DNA of 64,000 nt from assembly GCA_043228905.1 (NCBI GenBank), contig JBHGNT010000011.1, positions 4,030,001-4,094,000 on the forward strand. The letters run 5' to 3'. The notes beneath the pieces are model-generated. The model searched no databases and had not been told where the DNA came from. It worked only from the letters and a program-made list of their open reading frames with translations. This DNA is from Azolla caroliniana (Eukaryota; Plantae; Polypodiophyta). Positions within the stretch are counted from its first letter, which is position 1, and the number at the start of each line of letters is the position of its first letter. Below are positions 1-10,117 of this stretch, one piece after another. A program made the position numbers and the translations under genes.

Positions 1-1552
1 CCGGCAGTGAACATGGTGATTTCAGAATTCATGGATGTACATCAAGTCACCACCTGATCGAAAGGATGCAATCCGGAAGCAGGCTACAAAGTGGATACAA
101 AAGGGAATTGAATGGAATGTAGCCGAAGGATGCTAAACCTGTAGCGCAATGACATTACCGGATGAACCCGAATTATGCAGTCAAAGTAAAAGAAGAAATT
201 GATAAATTGCTAAGAGTCGGTTTTATCCGACCGGTAAAGGAAGTGACGTGGTTGAGCCCAATAGTCATAGTACTGAAGAAGAACATAAAATCCCGGGTCT
301 GTGTCAACTACCGAAAACTTAATGCAACCACGGTGACAGATGCCTTTCCGCTACCATTTACAGATGGTGTATTGGATACGATAGCCGGACACAAAGTTTA
401 CAGTTTCTTGGACGGTTTCAACGGGTATAATCAGATTCAGATGCATCCGGAGGACCAAGAAAAGACGACGTTCGTGACAGAATGGGGAGTGTTTGTTGCA
501 GTGGTCATGATGTTTGGGCTCAAAACAGCACCGACAACATTTCAAAGAATTATAATGGAGATATTGGGAGAGTACAGCCTGACGTTCATGCAGGTATTTC
601 TGGATGATTTTGTTGCCTATAGCTAGAGCAAAGACCACTTGGACCATCTCTAGATGTGTTTGGAAAAATGTCAAGGATTCCAATTCAGTTTAAACCCGGT
701 GAAGTGTATCTTCAAAGTCACAAGTGGCGTATTGCTCGGGCACATTTTCAGTGAGGGAATTGTTGTGGACTTGGACAAGATAAAAGCAATTCTGCAAGCA
801 CCAACGCCAACCAATGCCAAAGCATTGAGCCGGTTCTTAGGGCAGATACGATGGCATAGCCGGATGCTCCGATATCTAGCAGACTTCACAACTCTATTGC
901 GTGCAGCTGTGCACCGCTTACCATTCCAATGGACGGAGCAAGAAGAGAAGGCTTATCAAGCGCTAAAAGTGATGCTATCACAAGCTCCTATGGTGCAACC
1001 TCCTTATTGGACGAAATATTTTCATGTGTTTGTCGATGCGTCAAACATTTCCATCGGGTGCATCCTCATGCAGCTCACAAAGCCGAAGTGGTACCGTCTG
1101 GTATACTACGCAAGCCGGAAACTTTCAAAAGCTCAACGGAATTATTCCACAATAGAGAGAGAAGCCTTGGGAATGGTATACAGTGTCACAAAGTACCGCC
1201 ATAATTTGTTAGGAAGAAAGTTTTCATTTCATGTTGACCACTCCGCACTAGTCTATTTGGTATCCAAGGCGTCACTAATGGGAAAATTAGCAAGGTGAAC
1301 CTTGTCACTACAAGAATTCAAATTTGATATATACAACCGACCTGGAGTTCAACATACTGTAGCCGACTAAATGAGCGGGTTAGAATCCGGCGAGGAAGGT
1401 GACTGGGTCTGGGATGAGTTTCCAAACGCGGAGTTATTCAAGGTGACCACGGAGACAGCGGTAGATAAGACAATAGCCGGTGAAAACAAATGGCTCACGG
1501 GCATGCACAAATTTGGTTCCGGATTACCTCTGGAAGAACTGAGCCAGGACGA
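1..1552 (+). pseudogene. Degenerate Ty3/Gypsy pol (RT, RNase H) of outermost element O, related to elements B and G
   Basis: ORF fragments 162-626 (MNPNYAVKVKEEIDKLL...QVFLDDF, RT) and 654-1298 (FHVFVDAS...NYSTIEREAL, RNase H) with stops and frameshifts. About 1 kb covering the protease is missing near 127 relative to B/G. Interrupted at TSD GACGA (1548-1552). Confidence 0.92.
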
Positions 1553-1685
1553 TGTCAGGAACTCTATTAAGGCAGAGAAGGAATTAGTACTAAAAGAAGG
1601 ATTAGTACTATTGTTGGGGAATAGTACTAAGACAGAGAAGGATTAGTACTATGAGAGGTGTCGAACTTTGAGAGAAGGAATGAGT

Positions 1686-1725
<40 letters not shown>

Positions 1726-2015
1726 TGATGCGAAAGATATATGTATTATATGACGGAAGATATACAACAGTAGTTAGAAGGCTTAAGACTGGCGTTGAAC
1801 CGATTTGGTTCGAACTAATGCCTTGCGCCTCCTTTTATAGTGTCTTCAGGAATACTCCTGAAGTTTCTAGAATGTTCCAGAGAAATCTGGAATATACATC
1901 AATTTCCCAATAAAACCTAAATGAAAATAATATCCTTCAAATTACAATTCATAACCTAATGGTAAAGTCTCGACCCGTGTAACAAAAGGTTATGGGTTCG
2001 AGTCTAGTTATGACA
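1553..2015 (-). repeat. 3' LTR of the Tcn1-like element (contains a GA microsatellite and 4x TAGTACTA)
   Basis: Direct repeat of 6850-7312 with TG...CA ends. Confidence 0.97.
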
Positions 2016-5000
2016 CTATCCCCCCTTTAAAACGACGAGTTTTACGAGTCGTTTTGGATTGAGGACCCGGTTTCTCGGGATATCGTCGATGGAAGTCTTC
2101 TAGAAGAGCACGAGCATTGGTCACATTCTCGATCGGTTCCCAAGTACGCTCGCTGGGACTATATCCTAGCCAATCGACTAGATAGTAGAGCTTGTTGCGA
2201 ACAATCTTGGAATCGAGGATGGCAGCGACCTCATACTCAGGTCCATCTTCGAGCTCGATAGGAGGTGGAGGTTGTATAGTACGTCTTGGGATAGTGCTCT
2301 CGTGATAGGGTTCGAGGAGAGAACTATGAAACACCGGGTGTATCCGAAGTTGCGGAGGTAGCTCGAGACGAAAAGCGACATCATTAATCTTCCCGATAAT
2401 ACGGAAAGGACCTAATCGCCGATAATCCAACTTCTCACATGGGCGAGTAGTCTTGATGTGTCGTCGTAGCAGCCACACCCGATCTCCAATGTTAAAACTG
2501 GATGGAAGTCGATGACGATCTGCGTAGTCCTTGTGTGATTGTTGAGCTTGCTGGAGTTGAGTAGATAAATCCGCTTGTATCTTGCGTAACCGCTCCAAAC
2601 GATCCTCCGCGCAAGGATTTGTGGACACTTCTGGGGTTTCAAGGACACACCACCTGGGATGATATCCCGTATAAGCGTAGAATGGCGTGACTTTAGTCGA
2701 TGCGTGGATAGCGTTATTATAGGCAAATTCGGCGAACTGAAGAATATCTGCCCAGTCATTCTGATGATAGTTGAGAAAGCACCGCAGATACTGCTCCAGT
2801 GTTTGATTTGTTCGTTCGGCTTGACCGTCGGTTTGTGGGTGGTAGCCGGAGGAGAGGTTACAAGTGACCTTCAGCATTTTAAAAAGGTGCTTCCAGAATT
2901 TTGACACAAACTGGGGTCCACGATCGCTGATGATATTATCAGGGAGTCCATGATGCCGACATACTTCCCGCATGACAATTTCGGCGGTGTCTTCACTAGA
3001 TATTTCTTTAGTACATGGTAAGAAATGAGCCATCTTTGTATATCGATCCACCACTGTGAGAATCGCACTGAATCCCTTAGAGACTGGAAGATCTGTAATG
3101 AAGTCAAGAGCAATGGATTGCCATGGCTTGCTTGGAATTGGTAATGGTTCTAATAAACCATATGGATGATGTCTTGGCATTTTCGCTCTGCAGCATGTAT
3201 CGCAAGTCCGAACAAAATCTTCGACAAATTGTCGCATACGGGGCCACCAGAATGATCGTTGTACTAAATCTAATGTTTTAGTACTACCAAAATGTCCTGC
3301 TGTATATGTGTCATGGCAGTTTTGTACTACTCGAAGGCGGCAAGAACCATTAGGAACATACAAAAGTTCTTTAAAGAAGAGTAATCCATCACAGTATTTG
3401 AATTGCCGATAATCCGTACCTGGTGATTGTGATTGTGAACATGACGCTCGAGAGGGGTCAATTTGTGCTAGTATAGCTTGGGCGAAAGCGTCAGTCTTCA
3501 AGTCCTCACGTATAGTATTGGTAATGTCGGAATCCACGGGCATGTCAAAGACCTGTGCTGCTTGCAGTCGTGCTGGACCCAAGATTACTTGCTTCTGGTT
3601 ATCGAAAGCTGGCTCACCGGGACGTGGTGTTAGATACGAACGCCGTGATAATGCATCTGCCTTCCCTTGGTGCTTCCCCGGACGATAGGTAATTTTGAAG
3701 TCGAAGCGTGTGAGGAAGTGGGCCCACCGAGCTTGACGTCGATTCAGTACACGAGCATCTTGAAAGTAGGCAAGGTTCTTGTGGTCACTGAATACAGTGA
3801 CCTGATGAGGAGATCCCTCCAGGAAATGCCTCCATTGCATAAAAGAATCAACTATTGCTAATAGCTCTTTATCATGAATTTCGTAGTTGATTTCGGCGGC
3901 GTCAAACTTACGGGAGTGGAAAGCCACAGGATGTAGCTTCTCGTCGTTACCCTGTTGTGACAGAATGCTCCCCAATGCGAAATCCGATGCATCAGCTTCG
4001 ATAATGAATGGTTTTTCCGGATCCACATGACCTAAAATTGGAGCTGATGTAAACGCCTTCTTAAGACTCTCGAAAGCCATGTCCGTCTCTTTAGACCAAA
4101 TGAATGATTGTCCCTTCCTGGTGAGCTGTGTGAGAGGCAGCACAATTTTTGAGTAATTTTGTATGAACTTCCGGTAGAAATTTGCAAAGCCTAGGAAGCA
4201 TTGCACATCCCGCACCGAACGCGGAGTGTGCCATTCTATCACCGTTTTGACCTTGGCTGGGTCCATAGATATGCCTTCTGAGGAGATGACATAGCCGAGA
4301 AACTCCACTTGGTTGCACCCGAAACTACATTTCTCTAACTTTGCATACAGACCATGTTCTCGAAGTCGTTTTAGTACTAATAGTACATGAGAATCATGTT
4401 CTTCTTGGGTCTTTGAATAAACCAGTAGATCATCCAAATAGATGATCAAAAAATCATCCAAGAGATCTCGAAATATATCATTCGCCATGTGCTGGAAGAC
4501 TGCCGGCGCATTAGTGAGTCCGAACGGCATGACCGTATACTCGAAGTGCCCATATCTGGTGCGAAACGCGGTCTTCCATTCATCTCCTGGTCGGATCCGT
4601 ACGAGGTTATAGGCTCCTCGTAAGTCGATCTTCGTGAAGAACCTGGCACCGTTGATCCGTTCTAAAAGACTTGAGATAAGGGGAAGAGCATACCTATTTC
4701 TTACTGTGACTTTATTCAAGCCATGGTAATCTACAACGAGTCGAAGCGAGCCATCTTTTTTCTTGACGAAGAAAATGGGTGCGCCGGCTGGAGATTTCGA
4801 ATGCCGAATGAAACCGTTCTCCAAATTCTCCTCTATATAGGCTCGAAGGACTTCTAGCTCGGTTGGTGACAAATTGTAGATCGGCCCCCATGGCGGCTCT
4901 TTTCCCGGTTGTAAGTCGATGGCGCAGTCGTACGGCCGATGATGAGGAAGTGTGTTGGCTTGTACTTTATCGAACACATCAGCATACTGACGATACTTCT

Positions 5001-5565
5001 CGGGAAGTTGAACGGTGGACTCCTCTTTGGTGGTGCTGGAGGGTTGTACTGATATTGCAAAGAGAAACATTTCCTCCTTGCGCCCTTCCTCACGCAACTG
5101 ACGTAGCGAAATGGTTGCAACCTTCTGGGTAGATCCTTGGGTTTGTCGCAACCGGATTTCCCTTGTCCTCCAATCTATGTCTGGGTCATGTAACTCGAAC
5201 CATGGTAATCCTAAAACTATGGGATGTTCTGGAATACTAATAATATTAAATGATACTACACATGTTAAGTTATCTAGGACAATATTAACGGGTTCCGACT
5301 CTTCTATGATATTACCAGAAGCAATGGGACGACCATCAATGACTACTACTGAGGCTGGACATGGGAGCTTTCTGAGAGATATCTGATGAGCTCGGGCAAA
5401 ATTCCTATCCATGAAGCAAGAATTAGCTCCGGAATCTAGAAGGGCTAAGGTATGTACTGGAGGGGTACTTTTAGTACTAACTGCTACTTGGGCTACGAAC
5501 ACATCACTAACTTGCTTAGAGGGAATGGAACCACTAATGGGCTGCACAGATCTAGGGCTGTCCAA
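2008..5565 (-). CDS. pol: Pol polyprotein: protease, RT, RNase H, integrase, chromodomain (probably expressed by -1 frameshift from gag)
   Basis: 1185-aa open frame with ALLDSGA (PR), YLDD (RT), EADASD (RH), HHCC zinc finger, SDRG/GQAE integrase core, GPF motif and YEVAAILDS...YLVDWLGY...TWEP chromodomain. The frame stays open upstream into the gag overlap. The stop codon lies inside the 3' LTR. Confidence 0.96.
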   Translation of the reverse strand: MDSPRSVQPISGSIPSKQVSDVFVAQVAVSTKSTPPVHTLALLDSGANSCFMDRNFARAHQISLRKLPCPASVVVIDGRPIASGNIIEESEPVNIVLDNLTCVVSFNIISIPEHPIVLGLPWFELHDPDIDWRTREIRLRQTQGSTQKVATISLRQLREEGRKEEMFLFAISVQPSSTTKEESTVQLPEKYRQYADVFDKVQANTLPHHRPYDCAIDLQPGKEPPWGPIYNLSPTELEVLRAYIEENLENGFIRHSKSPAGAPIFFVKKKDGSLRLVVDYHGLNKVTVRNRYALPLISSLLERINGARFFTKIDLRGAYNLVRIRPGDEWKTAFRTRYGHFEYTVMPFGLTNAPAVFQHMANDIFRDLLDDFLIIYLDDLLVYSKTQEEHDSHVLLVLKRLREHGLYAKLEKCSFGCNQVEFLGYVISSEGISMDPAKVKTVIEWHTPRSVRDVQCFLGFANFYRKFIQNYSKIVLPLTQLTRKGQSFIWSKETDMAFESLKKAFTSAPILGHVDPEKPFIIEADASDFALGSILSQQGNDEKLHPVAFHSRKFDAAEINYEIHDKELLAIVDSFMQWRHFLEGSPHQVTVFSDHKNLAYFQDARVLNRRQARWAHFLTRFDFKITYRPGKHQGKADALSRRSYLTPRPGEPAFDNQKQVILGPARLQAAQVFDMPVDSDITNTIREDLKTDAFAQAILAQIDPSRASCSQSQSPGTDYRQFKYCDGLLFFKELLYVPNGSCRLRVVQNCHDTYTAGHFGSTKTLDLVQRSFWWPRMRQFVEDFVRTCDTCCRAKMPRHHPYGLLEPLPIPSKPWQSIALDFITDLPVSKGFSAILTVVDRYTKMAHFLPCTKEISSEDTAEIVMREVCRHHGLPDNIISDRGPQFVSKFWKHLFKMLKVTCNLSSGYHPQTDGQAERTNQTLEQYLRCFLNYHQNDWADILQFAEFAYNNAIHASTKVTPFYAYTGYHPRWCVLETPEVSTNPCAEDRLERLRKIQADLSTQLQQAQQSHKDYADRHRLPSSFNIGDRVWLLRRHIKTTRPCEKLDYRRLGPFRIIGKINDVAFRLELPPQLRIHPVFHSSLLEPYHESTIPRRTIQPPPPIELEDGPEYEVAAILDSKIVRNKLYYLVDWLGYSPSERTWEPIENVTNARALLEDFHRRYPEKPGPQSKTTRKTRRFKGGIVS
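2016..2028 (-). other. Polypurine tract of the Tcn1-like element
   Basis: Minus strand reads AAAGGGGGGATAG immediately before the 3' LTR. Confidence 0.9.
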
Positions 5566-5604
5566 CCAAACGGCTCCTATTTTGGCTGGACTTAGTCGTT
5601 TAAC
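5553..5604 (-). promoter_or_regulatory. -1 programmed ribosomal frameshift signal (G_UUA_AAC plus stem/pseudoknot)
   Basis: Slippery heptamer at 5604-5598 in the gag frame, 6-nt spacer, 11-bp stem GUCCAGCCAAA/UUUGGUUGGAC (5591-5581 with 5570-5560). pol is in the -1 frame. Confidence 0.8.
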
Positions 5605-6761
5605 TCTTCTTCTAATTGGCTAAGGACATCAAATTTGTTTGCGAGATTCGGACTATTAGTACTATTAGGACTATTATGACTATGAGGATTATCAGAGATT
5701 CCTACTGAAATAGACTCGGGTTTAGTATAGTCAGAACTAACAATGACTTGGTTTACCTGCCTTCTTGGTCTATGGGGACAGTTTATCGCGATATGCCCTG
5801 GTCCACCGCAATAAAGGCATAATCGGTTTGTTCGGCGTCGTTGCTTTTCCTCCTCCGATAGCGGCCCACGACGACGTGTAGTGTCAATTTCCATTGGAGT
5901 TGGAGTACTTACTGGAGGCGCATTATGTGACTCCCTTTGAAAAGGTTTCGCTACCACTGAGGCATAGGTAGGCTCGGATCTTGCCCTCGGCATCTGAAAT
6001 TGTCGTTCCGAACGTCGCTCGAAGAGGCGGTTGTCACATCTGACCGCTCGACTGATTGCTTCTGTTAATGATTTTGGCTCTTCAGGGAAAGTCAAGAGTA
6101 AATCCTTGACATCGTTGCGTAGACCATAGCGGAACTGCTCCATCAATGCTTGATCATCCCAGGGGATATCGGCGGCGAGTAGGCGGAAATCTGCAGCATA
6201 TGCGGAGGCTGGACGGTCACCTTGGCGTAATCGCCGGATTTTGTTGATTGCAGTCCTTATGCTGTCAGTATCTCCAAAACATGCTTTAAACTCACTTATG
6301 AATTCTTCAAAATTATTTAGTACTGGAGATTCCTTTTCTAGTAGCGGAGCGAACCATGCTAATGCTGAGCCATTTAACAACGTGCCTACTAAACCCACTC
6401 GTGATGCATCGGTGGGATATCGGGACGGATGCATTTGAATAACTAACCGTACCTGGTTAAGAAACCCTCTAAACTGCGATCGCGTTCCATCGAACTTCGT
6501 GGGAAGGCCAATCTTGGGTTCTTTATGAATCCCTTGTGCTCCGTGCCCTTGTTGTTGCATTGCTACGATGGTTGCTTCGAGTTGTTGCACGCGTAACGCA
6601 AGTTCCCCATGCTGTTGTTGCGTTTGCTGCTTTTCTAAGGAAATTTGCTGAAGATCCCCCAACAAGCGTTGATTTTCTTGTTCCAAAGCATGAAACTTCT
6701 CTTTCAAGCATTGAAATTCCGAGAAAACGGATTGATACTCTTCAGCGCTAACGGTGGCCAT
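5592..6761 (-). CDS. gag: Gag (N-terminal coiled coil, retrotransposon capsid domain, CCHC zinc knuckle)
   Basis: 389 aa with PTKFDGTRSQFRGFL, LRQGDRPASAYAADFR, PTPMEID and CLYCGGPGHIAINC, typical of sushi/PEG10-like Gag. Confidence 0.95.
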   Translation of the reverse strand: MATVSAEEYQSVFSEFQCLKEKFHALEQENQRLLGDLQQISLEKQQTQQQHGELALRVQQLEATIVAMQQQGHGAQGIHKEPKIGLPTKFDGTRSQFRGFLNQVRLVIQMHPSRYPTDASRVGLVGTLLNGSALAWFAPLLEKESPVLNNFEEFISEFKACFGDTDSIRTAINKIRRLRQGDRPASAYAADFRLLAADIPWDDQALMEQFRYGLRNDVKDLLLTFPEEPKSLTEAISRAVRCDNRLFERRSERQFQMPRARSEPTYASVVAKPFQRESHNAPPVSTPTPMEIDTTRRRGPLSEEEKQRRRTNRLCLYCGGPGHIAINCPHRPRRQVNQVIVSSDYTKPESISVGISDNPHSHNSPNSTNSPNLANKFDVLSQLEEELND

Positions 6762-6835
6762 GGGATGAAGGAAAAGGGAAATAAGAGACTAGTAGGAAAG
6801 GAGGGAGACAGAAGGAAGAGGGAGACTAGTAGTTG

Positions 6836-6847
6836 AAATCGGTTCAA
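6836..6847 (-). other. Self-complementary primer-binding site (Tf1-type self-priming)
   Basis: PBS position reads TTGAACCGATTT (no TGG) and is the exact complement of LTR 7103-7092, about 33 nt downstream of TATAAAA (7136-7130). Confidence 0.8.
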
Positions 6848-6849
6848 AC

Positions 6850-6982
6850 TGTCAGGAACTCTATTAAGGCAGAGAAGGAATTAGTACTAAAAGAAGGATT
6901 AGTACTATTGTTGGGGAATAGTACTAAGACAGAGAAGGATTAGTACTATGAGAGGTGTCGAACTTTGAGAGAAGGAATGAGT

Positions 6983-7022
<40 letters not shown>

Positions 7023-7312
7023 TGATGCGAAAGATATATGTATTATATGACGGAAGATATACAACAGTAGTTAGAAGGCTTAAGACTGGCGTTGAACCGA
7101 TTTGGTTCGAACTAATGCCTTGCGCCTCCTTTTATAGTGTCTTCAGGAATACTCCTGAAGTTTCTAGAATGTTCCAGAGAAATCTGGAATATACATCAAT
7201 TTCCCAATAAAACCTAAATGAAAATAATATCCTTCAAATTACAATTCATAACCTAATGGTAAAGTCTCGACCCGTGTAACAAAAGGTTATGGGTTCGAGT
7301 CTAGTTATGACA
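6850..7312 (-). repeat. 5' LTR of the Tcn1-like element
   Basis: Matches 1553-2015. TATA box on the minus strand at 7136-7130. Confidence 0.97.
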
Positions 7313-7317
7313 GACGA

Positions 7318-7494
7318 ATGCAAACACCTTGAGGTCCAAAGTTGACATTTTTGCTTGGTTCAGGATACACTATACCATAAGGGAGCCAACGGTATCTGGA
7401 GACACACGGTGAGGAATGAGAGAAGGAAGCAATATTACACAAGGCTCACTACGGAGTGTCAGGAGGGCACTATGCCGGAGATGCCACCGCCCGT
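7318..7494 (+). pseudogene. Element O continuation (integrase N-terminal region)
   Basis: VQDTLYHKGANGIWR...GGHYAGDATAR is colinear with element B pol and resumes at 50192 (GLLWPTTLKDAVQ). Confidence 0.88.
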
Positions 7495-8685
7495 TGTCGT
7501 GAAGATCCGTCACTATGTGCGGATCATGAGACGGAACCGTCGGGATTCTACACCGGAAGAACTCGAAGTTTGCACTAGCTTTAGCGAGAAAGGAATTAAG
7601 ATAGATTGAAAGAGAGAGAGATTGAGATAAGATAGAATGCTTGACTTTAGATTGAGAGAGATTAAGATTGAACTCTTGACTTTAGATTTGAAGAACAAGA
7701 TTGATACATCAATTGGATAATGAATTTCTTACTTTTAATTTCTTGATTAATACATTGCTCCCCGTTTTTCTTCTTCATCCACTCTTTTATAGACGCCCCC
7801 ATGCATATGATGCATGTGAGGGTACAAGATATGCATAGAATGCATAGAATGCATGGAATGCATGTGATGCATGTTTGCCATTTGACGCTCATGCATTACA
7901 TGTGATGCATGATAACCATGTCACTCAATCAAGCTCTAATATGAGAATTTATATGTAAAAGTATAATGATAGAAAAAACATTTCTAAGGAAATGACTAAG
8001 CCTAGTGGTAAGTTTATTGTCTCCTATCTTGGAGGTGCAAGGTTCAAGCCTTGCTTGCATCCCTTTTATTACAAATTTCTAATAGGCTTTTTAGCCTAGA
8101 TGATTTTGTTCGTTTCACACCAAAATCGTCCCGATCAACCTATCTGATCGATCCGTCTATCCGGTCAGCTTCCGACCTACTGATCCGGTCTATCCGTTCT
8201 GGTTCTTGTTTTGGTTCTGATTTCGGTTCTGGCTCCGGCTCCGTCGCCATTCGATTCCGGTTCCAGCTCCGTCATCGTACGATTTCGGTTTCGGTTCCAG
8301 CAAAACCATTACGAGTAGTTAAGCCACTGTTTAGCCCAAGAACATTCTATGCTCCACTCATAGACAGGAAATAATAAGTGTTGGCTCTGCTTTATATAAT
8401 GTGGGATCCTGATTTGTCCTATCTGTGTGGGATATCTCATAGTTTTGTTTTTCTCTTCTTCTTCTCAAACTTCACATTCACATAACTTAACATTTATTTG
8501 TCGGTTTCAAATGTAGTAAAGTACATTCGGAAGCTCTTGAAGACCTCCATCTTCCCTTACCAAGATATTAAGATAATCTAAAATAGTATCTTCACTATCA
8601 TTGTTTCATGTCTTGTGTGAAGAACCACACTCGATTTTGGACATTCCTCGCAATTTTCACACCATTGTCGAAAATCTTCACGACA
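7495..8685 (-). repeat. 3' LTR of element A
   Basis: Homologous to 49222-50187, with 12-bp terminal inverted repeats. Carries two segments absent from the other copy. Confidence 0.93.
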
Positions 8686-8778
8686 TCCACCCCCACCAAA
8701 CCGCACATCCTCCAGTATGTGCCAAGAAGAGAGAATGTGAGATTTTGGCTATGGTGATCGATCAGATTCCTCCACGTC

Positions 8779-9514
8779 CTAGTGTACATAACTCAAGTTT
8801 GTAGGTTCCGTCCTACTATCGTCATCGTCGAGGTGACCGAGGTCGGGATCCTCGTCTTGTTTTTTCTTGAAAATCTTTACTCTTTTTCCCGCAATGGGTA
8901 TGGCCAACCTTGATCCATCTATCTCCACAAGATGGTATGTGGCATTGTCGTTGGCACTTATCACTATATACGGTCCGAACCATCTTCTTGCGAACTTTCT
9001 TGTTGTAATGTGTTGATTGTCGAGGTTGTTGTCATAGACCAATGCCCAATCTCATTCTTCGATCTTCTTGGGACGCAGTCGATGCGTCTTGTCAAACCGA
9101 ATTTTGTTCTTCACTCGGGCTACCTCCATCATCTTTCACGCTTTTTCTAGATCTTCAGGTCTCCTTTCAAGTTGCCTTATCTGTGTCGCTAATAATTCTT
9201 CTCGGCTAATCTCGTTCTCCCATGGTATCGCTACCCATGACGTGATCGTCCTTTCGATGGGCATTACCGGCTTTTGTCCATAAATAAGCTCCGTCGGCAT
9301 ATACCCTATCACTAAATTATGTGTAGTTCTGTCGGCCCATAAGGCATAACGCAATAGTCGTGGTCAGTTCCTGACTCGACCATTGCATGTTCGTACGATG
9401 GCTTTGACGATTAGTCCATGCCCTCGCTCCATCATCCCATTCGCTTCTGGATTGTAGGCAATCGTGAGGGAGAGCTTCACGCTTACTCGATCGAAGAGCT
9501 CCGTTGCTTCGCGT
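8779..9514 (-). pseudogene. Element A integrase core and C-terminus
   Basis: YALWADRTTH...LIYGQKPVMP and KFARRWFGPY (GPY/F) fragments. Confidence 0.88.
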
Positions 9515-9668
9515 TGTCGCGGATATTCGCGCTTACATGTTGGATACAGGCGGCACCACCAGGGTCATGGACCAGGAGGGGAGGAGTTGTCGGGGACCCG
9601 AATCTTCCGGTGCTTGCCGTGTTACTGGCCGGTTCGATCCTAGATACTCTCCGGATGCGACCAGTAAC

Positions 9669-10117
9669 TGTTGCCGACTAGGAACACGGTCTACGATCAG
9701 TTCTTCGACCTAGACCTCCAAGTGACTGTGTGACAACGAATGGTAGCGTCTGTGCATAATACTTAGTGGGATATTCCCCATAAGGTAGCAGCATATAAGG
9801 GAGACGGCGACAACCGAGCTCCTTTGACAGTGGGCTAACACACACACCGTTACTTACTCCTACGCTCTCAAGTGTTACAGACACACAGTAGATTAGCCGT
9901 AGCTACACACAGATATCAAAGAAGATAGAATTCTATTATGATACGCCTCTTTACATTCAAAATTACACGCTCCTCTCTCAGAGGTTTCCTACCCTTGATA
10001 TACGCAGGGTCTTTTAGCCGTTCACGCTTCCCGCGTGAACCGTTACATGCGTTACAATATTAGACTATTCCGTATTCCTGCGCTCTTGTCCGTCGGTTAC
10101 TATTCTGGCGGACAACA
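9669..10117 (-). repeat. 3' LTR of element C
   Basis: Diverged direct repeat of 28443-28891, TGTTG...CAACA. Confidence 0.95.

Larger units (their letters stand above)
1553..7312 (-). mobile_element. Intact, very young Ty3/Gypsy chromovirus (Tcn1 / Tf1-sushi-like) LTR retrotransposon
   Basis: Two apparently identical 463-bp LTRs (TGTCA...TGACA), 5-bp TSD GACGA at 1548-1552 and 7313-7317, open gag and pol with C-terminal chromodomain, PPT next to the 3' LTR. Confidence 0.97.

Noticed and set aside
1722-1913. Identical 63-aa ORFs at 1722 and 7019
   Set aside because: They are a by-product of the duplicated LTR on the antisense strand.
7997-8054. Functional tRNA gene
   Set aside because: No acceptor stem or canonical 7-nt anticodon loop could be built, so it is kept only as a tRNA-like cassette finding.
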